Numbered from the stretch's first letter, positions 36,828 to 48,158 are shown. The stretch: DNA of 64,000 bases from an uncultured Candidatus Saccharibacteria bacterium (GCA_964368785.1 CAYJCW010000003.1:71704-135703); one strand, 5' to 3'. Translations and numbers: made by a program. Notes: a model not told the origin generated them from the sequence alone.

Positions 36828-37307
36828 ATGCCACGTAAGAAAACCGTAAGTCTACAACGTCGCCTTTCACCAGATCGCCGCTACCAAAGCGTTCTTGTGC
36901 AGCGTCTTATTAACAAATCAATGTTGAACGGTAAAAAGCTTGTTGCTGAACGCGCAGTCTACAGTGCCCTTGAAGCCGCCGCTAAAAAGCTCGACAGCGA
37001 AAACCCGCTTGAAGTATTCGAAAAAGCGCTTAAAAACGTTTCGCCAAACTTCGAAGTTAAATCTCGCCGTGTCGGTGGTGCAAACTACCAAATTCCATTC
37101 CCGGTTGCTGGCCACCGCCAATTGCACTACGCCTTTTCATGGCTTGTGCAAAGTGCACGTGCTCGCTCGGGTATGCCTTACGAGCAACGCCTTGCCCTTG
37201 AAATCGTTGATGCTTACAACGAAACTGGTGCAGCCTTCAAGAAGAAGGAAGACACCCACAAGATGGCCGAAGCAAACCGCGCTTTTGCGCACTTCGCCCG
37301 CGGTTAG
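36828..37307 (+). CDS. rpsG: 30S ribosomal protein S7
   Basis: EVKSRRVGGANYQIP, HKMAEANRAFAH. Confidence 0.99.
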   Translation: MPRKKTVSLQRRLSPDRRYQSVLVQRLINKSMLNGKKLVAERAVYSALEAAAKKLDSENPLEVFEKALKNVSPNFEVKSRRVGGANYQIPFPVAGHRQLHYAFSWLVQSARARSGMPYEQRLALEIVDAYNETGAAFKKKEDTHKMAEANRAFAHFARG

Positions 37308-37321
37308 TACGTGTCATTCTG

Positions 37322-37353
37322 TTAAAACAAGCCTCATGGGGGGCTTGTTTTAA
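37322..37353. terminator. bidirectional terminator between rpsG and the convergent fem gene
   Basis: TTAAAACAAGCC/GGCTTGTTTTAA inverted repeat. Confidence 0.8.
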
Positions 37354-37375
37354 TGTATATCGACTGTCGCTCGTT

Positions 37376-38431
37376 TTATTTTTTAAGCATGCGGCGCAGC
37401 ACGTTTTTTGGCGCACGCAGGGCTTTTTGGGCATGATGTTTAGCAGGGTTAACTACCTTTACAAACCCCCCCACGTATTCTTCGACCACCCCGCGGAAGC
37501 CACTTTTGTAGACAAGCAGCGGATTTTTAGTAAAATGCCCGGTTACGCCGTAAAAATTATAACGCTTCACCCCATGAGCAATGGCTCGTTTCATAACATA
37601 GTGCTGCAAAAAATGCCCGCCGTATAGTTGTCGATAGCGTGAATCTGCACCAGAATGAAAATAAGCCAGCTCTTTCGGATGTGATACAAAAATACCCGCC
37701 GAAATAGGAATCTTTTGGTCATAATACATGACTAAAAATTCGACCGCATCACCGTAGGCTGTGAATAGGTGCTCGTAGTAGCTCAGTGGTCGGTTATGGA
37801 CTTCATTACGTTCGTTTGAGCTGTCAATCAGCGCCTTGATAATGGCAAGTTCGTCATACGCGAGCTTTCTAACTGAATATCGCTCAGCCTCAAGCTTACG
37901 GATAGTTTGGCGGGTAGTTTGACGGTACGAGCTCAAGAGCTCGGCCTCTGTGTGGAGCTGAGACAGGTCTTTCACAAACACCCATCGATTTGCTGTGTAG
38001 TCATAGTTGGTAGTAAACCCTTTGTGCTTCCAGCCGGCCTTAGCAAATAGCGCCGGCACTTCTGGGGCGGGGCCGTCGATCACCTGGCCGCTAGCATCAC
38101 GGGTTTGGTAGACACTGTTTGGATAAATTTCAATTGCGGAGCCGCCAATACGCTTCACGTAGTCACTTATGAGGCCCAAGAACTCAGTGGCCAAGGCCTC
38201 GTTTTTAAAATCAAGGAGGGGGCCGAGAGCTATCTCATACCTACCGCGCTTACCGGCCAAGATACAGGCCCCAACGACAGTTGCGTCATCTTTGAGCAGC
38301 AAAGGGTGCGTATCCCATCCAAGTGCTTCTCGAAAAGGAATCATTGCCCCTACTTGGTAAAAGCTTCCAGAGGGGTGGTGAAGCGCATAGGTATCAAAAT
38401 CGTGTGGCGAGACTAAAGAGAGGCGTACCAT
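37376..38431 (-). CDS. FemABX-family peptidoglycan bridge aminoacyltransferase
   Basis: GPLLDF, RYNFYGVTG, YKSGFRGVVEEYVG; start placed at ATG 38431, 6 nt after TATAAT. Confidence 0.85.
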   Translation of the reverse strand: MVRLSLVSPHDFDTYALHHPSGSFYQVGAMIPFREALGWDTHPLLLKDDATVVGACILAGKRGRYEIALGPLLDFKNEALATEFLGLISDYVKRIGGSAIEIYPNSVYQTRDASGQVIDGPAPEVPALFAKAGWKHKGFTTNYDYTANRWVFVKDLSQLHTEAELLSSYRQTTRQTIRKLEAERYSVRKLAYDELAIIKALIDSSNERNEVHNRPLSYYEHLFTAYGDAVEFLVMYYDQKIPISAGIFVSHPKELAYFHSGADSRYRQLYGGHFLQHYVMKRAIAHGVKRYNFYGVTGHFTKNPLLVYKSGFRGVVEEYVGGFVKVVNPAKHHAQKALRAPKNVLRRMLKK

Positions 38432-38473
38432 ACAGCTATTATACCAGCTCGAAGGGTCTGGTATGATGAATAT

Positions 38474-39481
38474 ATGGTATGTCCCGAAGAGCAGTGGTGG
38501 GGACGCGAGCGGCCGTCGCACCCTGAGCTAAGCCAGGTAGCGCCGGAGCAGCTTTTTGCATGGGTGCAAGCCGACATTGCAAAGCACCGTCGGATATATG
38601 GCGCCGACCAAGCTCGTTTTGGCGAGTACGTAAGCCAACGGGCCTACGACCTTGAGCAGTACCTTACCAGTCACTTTGCCGCCCTTCCCGAAGTGAGTAT
38701 TGAAACTTTCGACGCAACACGCACGGTTCAGCTTACTAACCCGGGTATCGGTGTGTATGTGCTACGGGCTGCTCAAATGGCGGCGGAAGAAGCAGAGGGT
38801 GCCCCCTATGCGGGGGTGGCGGTACAAGGCCGGTTGTTTGGATTTTACAAAGGGGCTATGGGTGATTTTCGGATGTATATTGAAGACGCAAGCCGCAACC
38901 AGCAGCAGTTACCGGGCGGGCTGTACACGCCTTTGGTATCTGTAGCAGTAGAGGGGTCACGGATTGAATACGTACTAACGCCCGAGCAAGAGCGGGCAGC
39001 ATTCCAGGCCCGGGTAGATGAGCATATTGCACAGATTGCCGACTATCAGCGCCGCGAACTGGTTCAGGGGTTGTACCACGGGCTTCTTAACCGCCTTGAT
39101 GCATCGTCGCAGCCACCGGCAACGCGACTAAAGAATGTGTCGCATGCTATTGCTAAGATAACGGGTGCAGGCATTGCTGAAGATGAGCCGCTGATGAACG
39201 TTCTTCTTGACATGGTGCATGCCAACCTGGGGCTTGTAGCGCCGCAAACCATTGAGGCAGCTCAGTATCGCCTTCTCATTGGCGCATCGGGGTATAAAGC
39301 AGAAACGGCGGCGCGTTTCGAGGGAGTCACCCCTGCCCTTGGGTTCTTTGGCGATATGCGTCACCGTTCCTTTGGTCTATTGTTTTTCAATGCACAGGAG
39401 CAGGGGATTCAAATCCCAGCCGAGAGTGTGACGCACCTTGCACCCTATCAGCCGCCGGAAAGGGGCGGAAGCTCTAGCTAA
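38474..39481 (+). CDS. hypothetical protein, 335 aa
   Basis: Long ORF; TATGAT 6 nt before the ATG. Confidence 0.7.
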   Translation: MVCPEEQWWGRERPSHPELSQVAPEQLFAWVQADIAKHRRIYGADQARFGEYVSQRAYDLEQYLTSHFAALPEVSIETFDATRTVQLTNPGIGVYVLRAAQMAAEEAEGAPYAGVAVQGRLFGFYKGAMGDFRMYIEDASRNQQQLPGGLYTPLVSVAVEGSRIEYVLTPEQERAAFQARVDEHIAQIADYQRRELVQGLYHGLLNRLDASSQPPATRLKNVSHAIAKITGAGIAEDEPLMNVLLDMVHANLGLVAPQTIEAAQYRLLIGASGYKAETAARFEGVTPALGFFGDMRHRSFGLLFFNAQEQGIQIPAESVTHLAPYQPPERGGSSS

Positions 39482-39591
39482 TAGAGAAGGGGTCTGTTAT
39501 AATAGCTGTAAAGCGCTATTTTTCTATGGCCAAAAATAATTAATAGCTCGGTGCGGCGCGCTCCGAGGTAAAGAAAGAGAGCAAGAGAGAC

Positions 39592-41685
39592 ATGGCTCAA
39601 GCAATCGTCCCGCTTAAGGACTATCGTAATATCGGTATTATCGCCCACATAGACGCGGGTAAAACAACCACAACCGAGGGTATTTTGTACCGTACGGGTA
39701 TTAACCATAAAATTGGTGAAGTCCGTGGTGATGGCGATGGCGCAACCACCGACTGGATGGCGCAAGAAAAAGAGCGCGGTATTACTATTACCTCTGCTGC
39801 CGTTACGTGCTTCTGGAAGGGCTGCAAAATCAACATCATCGACACCCCTGGTCACATCGACTTTACCGCCGAGGTAGAGCGTTCACTTCGCGTGCTTGAC
39901 GGTGCTGTCACTGTGTTTGACGGTAAAATGGGTGTTGAAGCGCAAACTGAGACCGTGTGGCGCCAAGCCAACAAGTACGGCGTGCCTCGTATTTGTTTCA
40001 TTAACAAAATTAACCAAATCGGTGGTGATTTCTACAAGTCTCTCGATAGCATTCACAACCGCCTCTCAAAGCACGCGCTCCCCGTACACCTTCCTATTGG
40101 TTTTGAAAAAGACATCAACGGTCTAGTCGACCTACTTGACATGAAGGCCTACACCTACAACGACTACACCGACAAAGAGCTCCAGGTAGGCGATATCCCA
40201 GCCGATATGCTCGACAAAGCAAAGCATGCCCGCAGCCTTTTGGTTGAGGCAGCGGTTGAAGCTGAAGACGAACTTTTTGAGCGCTTCCTTGAAGAAGGTG
40301 AAGACTCAATCACTCTTGAAGAATTAAAGCGTGCTCTTCGTAAGCGTATTCTTGCCGGTGATTTCTTCCTTGTAACGGGTGGTGATGGCCGTGGGGTGAT
40401 TGTTGAAAAAGTACTCGACCTTGTGGCAGATTTCTTGCCATCTCCGCTTGATATCGAGGCGATACAAGGGACGAACCCAAAAACAGGCGACCTTGTTGAG
40501 CGCAAGCCTGCCGATAGCGAGCCACTTGCAGCGCTGGCCTTCAAAATTGCGACTGACCCATTTGTTGGGCGGCTTATCTTTGTGCGCGTTTACTCAGGTA
40601 AAATTACTGCTGGAAGTTATGTACTAAATACAACCACTGGCGAAAAAGAGCGCATTGGCCGTATCGTTCGTATGCATGCCGACAAACGTGAAGATATCGA
40701 CTTTGTGGGAGCTGGCGACATTGCTGCCGTTGTCGGTCTAAAGAGCACCTTTACAGGCCACACGCTTGCCGACCCAGCACACCCAATTGTGCTTGAATCA
40801 ATCGAATTCCCCGAACCGCCCGTATCGATTGCAGTTGAACCTAAAACCAAGGCCGACCAAGAAAAAATGGGTATTGCACTCCAACGCCTTGCCGAAGAAG
40901 ACCCAACCTTCCGTATTCATACCGATGAAGAAACCGGGCAAACGATTATGTCGGGTATGGGTGAGCTTCACCTCGACATCCTCGTTGACCGCATGAAGCG
41001 CGAATTTAATGTAGAAGCCAACGTAGGTGAGCCTCAGGTTGCCTTCCGTGAAACAATTCGTGGTGTTGCTGAAGCACAAGGTAAGCACGCGAAACAATCG
41101 GGTGGCCGTGGCCAATATGGTGATGTGTGGATTCGCTTTGAACCGACCGAAACCGGTGAAGGCTTTGAATGGGGCGACGAAATTAAAGGTGGTGTCGTAC
41201 CTCAAGAGTATCGTGCACCAGTAATGAAGGGCGTGAAAGATACCCTTGATAGCGGAGTTATTGCCGGGTACCCCATGATTGGCGTAAAAGCAACCCTTTA
41301 CGACGGCTCCTACCACGATGTTGACTCCAGCGAACTTGCCTTTAACCTTGCCGGTGTTCTAGCCGTTAAAGCGGGTATTCCAAAGGCTAAGCCGGTTATT
41401 CTTGAACCAGTCATGAAGGTGGAAGTTTCGACCCCTGAAGACTTCATGGGTGATATCATCGGCGACCTTAACTCTCGTCGTGGCCGTATTGACGCCATGG
41501 AAGATATCCCTGGGGGTGCAAAGCTTGTTCGGGCCTACGTTCCACTTGCGAGTTTGTTCGGGTACACCAACGACATTCGCTCAATGAGCCAGGGCCGTGC
41601 AGCTTCAACCATGGAACTTGCTCAGTACGAAGAAGTACCACCAAACGTTGCGCAGGAAATCATTGCCAAGCGTACGAACAAGTAG
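39592..41685 (+). CDS. fusA: elongation factor G
   Basis: [29 protein letters not shown]. Confidence 0.99.
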   Translation: MAQAIVPLKDYRNIGIIAHIDAGKTTTTEGILYRTGINHKIGEVRGDGDGATTDWMAQEKERGITITSAAVTCFWKGCKINIIDTPGHIDFTAEVERSLRVLDGAVTVFDGKMGVEAQTETVWRQANKYGVPRICFINKINQIGGDFYKSLDSIHNRLSKHALPVHLPIGFEKDINGLVDLLDMKAYTYNDYTDKELQVGDIPADMLDKAKHARSLLVEAAVEAEDELFERFLEEGEDSITLEELKRALRKRILAGDFFLVTGGDGRGVIVEKVLDLVADFLPSPLDIEAIQGTNPKTGDLVERKPADSEPLAALAFKIATDPFVGRLIFVRVYSGKITAGSYVLNTTTGEKERIGRIVRMHADKREDIDFVGAGDIAAVVGLKSTFTGHTLADPAHPIVLESIEFPEPPVSIAVEPKTKADQEKMGIALQRLAEEDPTFRIHTDEETGQTIMSGMGELHLDILVDRMKREFNVEANVGEPQVAFRETIRGVAEAQGKHAKQSGGRGQYGDVWIRFEPTETGEGFEWGDEIKGGVVPQEYRAPVMKGVKDTLDSGVIAGYPMIGVKATLYDGSYHDVDSSELAFNLAGVLAVKAGIPKAKPVILEPVMKVEVSTPEDFMGDIIGDLNSRRGRIDAMEDIPGGAKLVRAYVPLASLFGYTNDIRSMSQGRAASTMELAQYEEVPPNVAQEIIAKRTNK

Positions 41686-41771
41686 TGCCTGCCTTATCTT
41701 TCTTTTCCTGAGGGGCGGTTATTTCGCCTCGGCACCGTGCTATACTTAAAGCAGGTAACAAAGGAGAATAT

Positions 41772-42734
41772 ATGAGGCTAAAGCAAACACGTACCACTGC
41801 TCTTGCGAGTGTATTACTCGTTGCTGGTCTTGTGTTTGGCACGGTGATAACGACGCCAAGCGCAGACGCTGCTCGGGTACGGATACAAGGCGCTGGGCAA
41901 GCGGCCAACGCAAATGATATAAAAGTCATCGATGCTTTTACTGATAGCTACGAGCAGTTTATTGACGGTGTCGCTCAAGCAAGCGCGACAACCGGCCCTT
42001 CAAATGCCTATACAGTGCTGACCGCCAATAACGACACGTTGCAGGCACATTCGTTTAAAGAGCTAAATGATGCCTATAAAACGGCAACTGACGCAGTCAA
42101 ACAAGAGGCGCGGGCCATTGTAAGCCTTGCTGGTGAAGTTAATGCCGATTCGGCTGCGCAAATTACCAACAAGAGCACCACCGTTGCACGGCTTAATGAT
42201 GCGATGGATGTCTATAATACTCGACTTACGGCCATGACATCGGCCGTTGAAAAGTATAACCAAGATAAGAAAACCCAAACCGAAAACAGCAACCGCATTA
42301 CCGGTATTGTCGTTGGTGCTATTATAGGTGTGATCGTACTTCTTGTTGTTATAGGCCTTGTGGTCGGGGGTAAAAAACGAAAAACAGCTGCTACAACACT
42401 GTTTAACGGCGATCCGTCGGTGGCTGCTATTGATGCGTCGTATCGAAAGGCTGTTTCGTCACTTTACAATGGCTTGCTTCGCTATGAAAAAGATATGAAG
42501 CAGCCAGAAAACAAAACCTTGCTTGAGCTTGATGTTAAGTCGAGCTATGACCCTTATATTGCCGCCGCAACCCATGAGTCGCTCGGCAAGTATCGGGCGG
42601 TTGCGAGCGAGTATGCTGCCCTCATTGCTTACGCGAACGGCCGGCGCGAGGATGCACTTCGCCATCTTGACCAAGCCGCGGCCTACCTTGGTCATCGTCA
42701 GTTCTACACTGAAACAGCTCGTTCAATCCAGTAA
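41772..42734 (+). CDS. hypothetical secreted or membrane-anchored helical protein
   Basis: Signal peptide, coiled-coil ectodomain, TM (IVVGAIIGVIVLLVVIGLVV); AAGGAG RBS. Confidence 0.75.
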   Translation: MRLKQTRTTALASVLLVAGLVFGTVITTPSADAARVRIQGAGQAANANDIKVIDAFTDSYEQFIDGVAQASATTGPSNAYTVLTANNDTLQAHSFKELNDAYKTATDAVKQEARAIVSLAGEVNADSAAQITNKSTTVARLNDAMDVYNTRLTAMTSAVEKYNQDKKTQTENSNRITGIVVGAIIGVIVLLVVIGLVVGGKKRKTAATTLFNGDPSVAAIDASYRKAVSSLYNGLLRYEKDMKQPENKTLLELDVKSSYDPYIAAATHESLGKYRAVASEYAALIAYANGRREDALRHLDQAAAYLGHRQFYTETARSIQ

Positions 42735-42783
42735 AATGATTTTAGTATAGGACAACTTAAGAATTGCTCCGTATCATAAGAGT

Positions 42784-43425
42784 ATGGAGCAATTTTTATA
42801 CGAACGACCACGCGAAAAACTACAACATCGGGGTGCTAGTTTTTTAACTGTGCCAGAGTTGCTGCAAATTGTTATTGGCTCGGGGACGGCCAAAGTTTCA
42901 GGGGCGCGTCTTGCAAAGCGGGCTGCAAAAATGCTTGACTCCCAGCCGCCCATGTATGCAAACCTTCGGGCAATAGAGGGGTTGGGCCATGCTAAAGCTT
43001 GCCAAATTCTCGCCGCGCTCGAGCTTGGGGCGCGGTATGCCAAAGCTGCTTCCATGCCTGTTCGGTCTTCTGCCACCCCCGCTTCGGCACTCGTGGCTGC
43101 GGCTCGCAGCGGTGCCCCGCAGGGCATTGTCGCTTGTTTTTATGATGGGTCCGCTGCAATCATTGAAACAGTCCGCTATCAGGGCGGCTCATCGGCACAT
43201 CTTGCACACGCCCAGAAAAGCATTCTCAACGATGCATTTAGGGTGTCGGCACATGCTGTCGAGCTCGCAGTAAAAGAGGCCAAGGGGGCGTTGTACCCGA
43301 GCCATCAGCTCCTTGCCTTTACTCGGGCGCTTGCAACGGTGTTTGGCTACTTCCAGGTTAAACTCATCGATGTTTGGGGCGTCACCAAAACCGAAAGCCG
43401 CTCTTACCGCAAGGAGCTTCCCTAA
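42784..43425 (+). CDS. RadC/UPF0758-like protein with degenerate JAB domain
   Basis: RPREKL...ELLQIVIGSG, HhH GLGHAKA..I.AALELG; no HNHPSG motif. Confidence 0.75.
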   Translation: MEQFLYERPREKLQHRGASFLTVPELLQIVIGSGTAKVSGARLAKRAAKMLDSQPPMYANLRAIEGLGHAKACQILAALELGARYAKAASMPVRSSATPASALVAAARSGAPQGIVACFYDGSAAIIETVRYQGGSSAHLAHAQKSILNDAFRVSAHAVELAVKEAKGALYPSHQLLAFTRALATVFGYFQVKLIDVWGVTKTESRSYRKELP

Positions 43426-44078
43426 TGGAAGGCAGCGGTTTACATACGCCACCGTTTGGCGTGCGCCGCGTGCTCCATTGGTACGAAAAAGCGCATATCG
43501 ATTACGCAGTACAGTATATGCATCTTTACGTTGCCTATAACGCGTGGTACAAAGAGGCGACGGGTGAGGTAAGCGACAGGGAAGCGATTAATAAGCTCAA
43601 GCGCCGTTATGTACTGTGGGCCGATTATTGCGATGGCAAAACCCTGCAAAGCCTTCGCCCCTACATGAAGCGCCTCGCCGAAGCAACCCAGCGGCACCCC
43701 GCCAAACGGGGGCTTAATACTCACTGGAATGGGGAACTTGCCAACGATGAAGACTGGCGTTCACTTATTGAATACTGGTATACCATCCGCTGCCTCATTG
43801 TTCATGGCGAAGAGGTACAAGAAGACGATGCATTTTATGCGTATGAAACACTATCCCTTTTCATGGGCGAGCTGATTGCAAGAATGCGGGCCTGCATGGA
43901 ACGCTTTGACCCACGGGATGTACGGCAACTGTCGCAACTAGCCGAAGAAGACGACCGACGGTCAGCCAGGTTTGTGAACCTGCAACGAAAACTCTACCTT
44001 GCCTATGTAGCCAGCCCTGATGTGTGGCAGGTCGATATGCAACCTGTAGCTGACGAAAAAGGGGAGTGTTCATTATAG
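43425..44078 (+). CDS. putative HEPN-domain protein
   Basis: LYVAYNAWY and IRCLIVHG (Rx4H); the ATG overlaps the upstream TAA. Confidence 0.65.
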   Translation: MEGSGLHTPPFGVRRVLHWYEKAHIDYAVQYMHLYVAYNAWYKEATGEVSDREAINKLKRRYVLWADYCDGKTLQSLRPYMKRLAEATQRHPAKRGLNTHWNGELANDEDWRSLIEYWYTIRCLIVHGEEVQEDDAFYAYETLSLFMGELIARMRACMERFDPRDVRQLSQLAEEDDRRSARFVNLQRKLYLAYVASPDVWQVDMQPVADEKGECSL

Positions 44079-44213
44079 GCATATCAAATTACTACCATAT
44101 GCCTGTAATCTGTTTACAGCAAAGAGAAAACGAGCTATAATAAATGCATACGTCGTGGAGTCTTATTATTAGGCTTGCACACGAAATATAATTTAAAGGA
44201 GAACTAACACAAC

Positions 44214-45395
44214 ATGGCAGATTTCGACCGAAGCAAGCCACACGTAAACGTTGGTACCATGGGTCACGTTGACCACGGTAAAACCAGCCTTACTGCTGCA
44301 ATTACGCACGTACTTGCAAAGCGCCTACCAAGCGACGTCAACAAAGCTCGTAACTACGACGAAATTGACAATGCACCAGAAGAAAAAGCACGTGGTATTA
44401 CCATTGCTTCGTCTCACCAAGAATACGAATCAGAAAAGCGTCACTACGCTCACGTTGACATGCCAGGCCACGCTGACTACGTTAAGAACATGATTACCGG
44501 TGCTGCACAGGTAGATGGTGCCGTTCTTGTGGTTGCTGCAACCGATGGTCCTCTTCCACAAACTCGCGAGCACGTGCTTCTTGCTAAGCAAGTCGGTGTG
44601 CCTAAGATTGTGGTATTCCTTAACAAAATGGATATCGCTGATCCAGAACTCGTTGAACTTGTTGAAATGGACATCCGTGAACTTCTTGCGAAGAACGGCT
44701 TCGACGAAGACGCTCCTATCATCAAGGGCTCTGCTACCAAGGCACTCGAAGGCGACGAAAAGTACGAAGACGCGGTTATGGAACTCGTTCACGCTATGGA
44801 CGAATACATTCCAGAGCCACCACGGGAAATGGACAAGCCATTCCTTATGCCTATCGAGGATGTGTTCTCAATTAAGGGCCGTGGTACCGTTGCGACTGGT
44901 CGTATCGAACAGGGTGTTGTTAACCTAAACGACGAAGTTGAAATTGTTGGCCTTAAAGACACTCAAAAATCAGTGGTTACAGGTATCGAAGCTTTCAAGA
45001 AAAACCTCGACAAGGGTCAAGCGGGCGACAACGCTGGTCTTCTCCTTCGTGGTATTGAACGTGAGCAAATCGAACGTGGTCAAGTACTTGCTAAGCCAGG
45101 TTCAATTACTCCGCACACTGAGTTTGAAGCTGAAGTGTACATCCTTAAGAAGGAAGAAGGCGGTCGCCACACTCCATTCTCTAAGGGTTACAAGCCACAG
45201 TTCTACTTCCGTACAACTGACGTTACCGGTGAAGTTGAGCTTCCTGCAGACAAGGAACTCGTTATTCCTGGTGACACCCTTACCTTCAAGGTAAACCTCC
45301 TCGCACCTATTGCTATGGAGCAGGGCCTTAACTTCGCTATCCGCGAAGGTGGTAAAACTGTTGGTGCTGGTGTTGTTACGAAGATTGTTAAGTAA
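44214..45395 (+). CDS. tuf: elongation factor Tu
   Basis: [24 protein letters not shown]. Confidence 0.99.
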   Translation: MADFDRSKPHVNVGTMGHVDHGKTSLTAAITHVLAKRLPSDVNKARNYDEIDNAPEEKARGITIASSHQEYESEKRHYAHVDMPGHADYVKNMITGAAQVDGAVLVVAATDGPLPQTREHVLLAKQVGVPKIVVFLNKMDIADPELVELVEMDIRELLAKNGFDEDAPIIKGSATKALEGDEKYEDAVMELVHAMDEYIPEPPREMDKPFLMPIEDVFSIKGRGTVATGRIEQGVVNLNDEVEIVGLKDTQKSVVTGIEAFKKNLDKGQAGDNAGLLLRGIEREQIERGQVLAKPGSITPHTEFEAEVYILKKEEGGRHTPFSKGYKPQFYFRTTDVTGEVELPADKELVIPGDTLTFKVNLLAPIAMEQGLNFAIREGGKTVGAGVVTKIVK

Positions 45396-45412
45396 GTAAC
45401 CCGCACACACTT

Positions 45413-45440
45413 AAAACGCCCCGTTTTTGGGGCGTTTTTT
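45413..45440 (+). terminator. terminator after tuf
   Basis: AAAACGCCCC/GGGGCGTTTT plus T-run. Confidence 0.8.
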
Positions 45441-45454
45441 GTATACTAAGAAGA

Positions 45455-46258
45455 ATGAAGAAGACGGCAACAAAGAGGAGCCACAAAAAGACACTATGCT
45501 ACGGGATATTTATTGGGGCAATACTTCTTTATCTTGGTATTGGTGCGTCGCTTTATGTACGCAAACTGCAAGAAGTAAGCCAAGCTGCTGCTACGGCGAA
45601 TAGCCATAGTGCGGAGGCGAAAGCGCTGGTGGAGCAGCGGCAAAAAGCGCAGGCAGTTGCCGAACAGAAAGCGAAAGAAGCGGCAGAAAAGAAAGCGCGC
45701 CATAGTGATCCGGCATCTATTCTTGTGCTTGTTAATAAAAAACACCCCCTTACACCTATGAATTTCGCACCTGCCGATTTAGTAACGGTAAACGGTGCAT
45801 TATTAAGCGCCAAGGCAGCCACCCACTATAGCCAAATGCAGGCCGCCGCTGCCGCCGAAGGCCAGCCGTTTCAGGTGACGAGTAGCTACCGTTCTTACGA
45901 GGGCCAGGTGATGACGTACAATCATCGGGTAGGCCAAAGTGGGCAGTCTGTTGCCGATACCTATAGTGCCCGCCCGGGGTTCAGCGAGCACCAAACCGGG
46001 TTCGTTATTGACGTTGCCGCTGGTGGGTGTGTGCTTGATTGTTTTGGGTCGACTACCCAGTATCAATGGTTCAAGCAAAACGCCCCAAACTACGGGTTCA
46101 TACAGCGGTATTGGGCGGGCAGCGAGGCGATAACTGGCTACAAAGCAGAGGAGTGGCACTATCGTTACGTGGGAGTGGAAGTTGCCCAAGACATGCAGCA
46201 AAAGGGCATCAAAACCCTTGAAGAGTACTGGGGGTTTGAAGGCGGCGACTACCAATAA
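45455..46258 (+). CDS. membrane-anchored M15B D-alanyl-D-alanine carboxypeptidase (VanY-like)
   Basis: N-terminal TM, SYRSY..Q, SARPGFSEHQTG, EEWHYRY. Confidence 0.9.
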   Translation: MKKTATKRSHKKTLCYGIFIGAILLYLGIGASLYVRKLQEVSQAAATANSHSAEAKALVEQRQKAQAVAEQKAKEAAEKKARHSDPASILVLVNKKHPLTPMNFAPADLVTVNGALLSAKAATHYSQMQAAAAAEGQPFQVTSSYRSYEGQVMTYNHRVGQSGQSVADTYSARPGFSEHQTGFVIDVAAGGCVLDCFGSTTQYQWFKQNAPNYGFIQRYWAGSEAITGYKAEEWHYRYVGVEVAQDMQQKGIKTLEEYWGFEGGDYQ

Positions 46259-46421
46259 GCTTGTAAAAACGCCCCAATAGTGCTATAATAAAAAGGTACT
46301 ATATTTTAAGTATCAAGATAATTCGGCCAGAGGTGAGTGTCCATAGTAACAGCAACACCGTTCGAGCAGAAGTGACTTGGTCGCCCGCTTGGCGATAAAA
46401 GCAAGAAAGGTTTCTCCTCTT

Positions 46422-46745
46422 ATGGCAGAAGCAAAGCAAGAAGGCCTTCGTATTCGAATTCGCCTTAAGGCCTACGACCACAAGGTCATTGACCAATCAG
46501 CAAAACAAATTATCGATACGGCAATTCGCACGGGTGCAGCCATTGCCGGCCCAGTACCCTTGCCAACACGCCGGAGTACATTTACCGTTGTCAAGTCACC
46601 ACACGTGTACAAAAAAGGTGGTGAAGCATTTGAGATGCGCGTTCATAAGCGCCTCATCGATATTACCAACGCAACGCCAAAAACCATCGATAGCCTTCAA
46701 AACCTCAGCCTTCCCGCTGGTGTTGATGCTGAAATCCGCATGTAG
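46422..46745 (+). CDS. rpsJ: 30S ribosomal protein S10
   Basis: [27 protein letters not shown]. Confidence 0.98.
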   Translation: MAEAKQEGLRIRIRLKAYDHKVIDQSAKQIIDTAIRTGAAIAGPVPLPTRRSTFTVVKSPHVYKKGGEAFEMRVHKRLIDITNATPKTIDSLQNLSLPAGVDAEIRM

Positions 46746-46811
46746 GCAGTAGGGTAGGGAGAGGGTCGGCCGCCCGCCGCCTTTTCGTACCGCGCGCCTC
46801 TTGGCAGAACC

Positions 46812-46846
46812 AAAAGCCCCTGTGCAATTATGCAAGGGGCTTTTTC
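46812..46846. terminator. terminator after rpsJ
   Basis: AAAAGCCCC/GGGGCTTTT. Confidence 0.7.
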
Positions 46847-46866
46847 GTTAACAAACGCGCAGGTGC

Positions 46867-47250
46867 CTAGTTAGCTTCAATCAAGGCTTGTTGCGCGTCA
46901 AGAATGGCAACTACTTCGTACTGTAGTTTAAGAATCCATAGCTGCACGAAAATGATAACAGCAACCAACAGAATCCAATAAATGGTTTGCTCGGTAATAC
47001 GGAAGCTCGTGAAGGGCCGTGGGTTGCGGTCAAGATGAAATGAACGTACCGCTGCCTGCTTCTTGGCGGGAGCCTTGCGCGCCATTCCTGCGGGTTTTGT
47101 ACTTGCTTTCCGCGTGCTGGTTGTTTTAGTAGCGACAGTCCGAGAGGCGCCTTTTACCGCTGCTTTTGAGGCAGTCTTTTTTATCGGAGCTTTTGCGCCC
47201 GGTTTTTTTGCAGTTGTTTTTGTGGCTGAAGCCTTCTTTGTTGTCGCCAT
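46867..47250 (-). CDS. Lys/Ala-rich (histone H1-like) N-terminus plus C-terminal TM protein
   Basis: ATTKKASATKTTAKK repeats; IYWILLVAVIIFVQLWIL helix. Confidence 0.75.
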   Translation of the reverse strand: MATTKKASATKTTAKKPGAKAPIKKTASKAAVKGASRTVATKTTSTRKASTKPAGMARKAPAKKQAAVRSFHLDRNPRPFTSFRITEQTIYWILLVAVIIFVQLWILKLQYEVVAILDAQQALIEAN

Positions 47251-47534
47251 AGATACCCTTTTCAAGCTAATTTTAAAAATTTCTTACTTTATAGTATGCC
47301 GAATGACGCTCATAAACACAAGTGGTTTCAAGGAGCGGCTTTAAGGCAAAGAAGGCGAGGCTCAGCCTCGACGTGCCAAATACCTCTCTATTTGCTTGAC
47401 GAGCAGCGCAATTTATGCTAACCTTAAAGAGGTAACTTTACTAGAAATAACAGACGATTCTTGGTGAATTGGCAAGTCCAGCAGGCTGAAAAGCCGACGG
47501 ATACTACCAGCCACCAAGAATTTTAAGTGGGAGA

Positions 47535-48158
47535 ATGAAGAGCATGAAAGCACTTCTCGGTACCAAAATTGGTATGACCCAAATCATCAGTGAGGATGGC
47601 AAAACAGTTCCTGTGACGCTTATTCAAGCTGGGCCTGTAACAGTGACTCAGGTAAAAACCGTCGAAACCGACGGTTACAACGCTGTTCAAGTGGGCTTCG
47701 ATGAGGGTAAGAACCTGAGCAAGGCCGTGGCTGGACACCTTAAGGCAGCCAATGTAACTCCGAAGCATATTCGCGAGTTCCGCACAGAAGACGTGTCAGA
47801 AGCACTGACCGTCGGAACCACAATCGATGTAACCGCTTTCGAGCTTGGTGACGTAGTGAACGCTACGGGCATCAGCAAGGGTAAGGGGTTTGCAGGTAAT
47901 ATTAAACGCCACAACTTCAACCGACATAAAAAGACTCACGGTGGCAAAGGTAATACTCGCCGCCCTGGTTCAATCGGTTCGATGTACCCTCAGAAGGTCT
48001 TCAAGGGTAAGCGCATGGCGGGCCGTATGGGCCACGAACAAGTTACAGTAAAGAACTTGGTAGTGAGCTACATCGATGTTGAGAACAATCTCATCGGCCT
48101 TAAGGGCGCTGTTCCTGGTCCCAAGAAGGGTCTCATTGTTATCGGAGGGAAAGCATAA
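47535..48158 (+). CDS. rplC: 50S ribosomal protein L3
   Basis: [21 protein letters not shown]. Confidence 0.98.
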   Translation: MKSMKALLGTKIGMTQIISEDGKTVPVTLIQAGPVTVTQVKTVETDGYNAVQVGFDEGKNLSKAVAGHLKAANVTPKHIREFRTEDVSEALTVGTTIDVTAFELGDVVNATGISKGKGFAGNIKRHNFNRHKKTHGGKGNTRRPGSIGSMYPQKVFKGKRMAGRMGHEQVTVKNLVVSYIDVENNLIGLKGAVPGPKKGLIVIGGKA

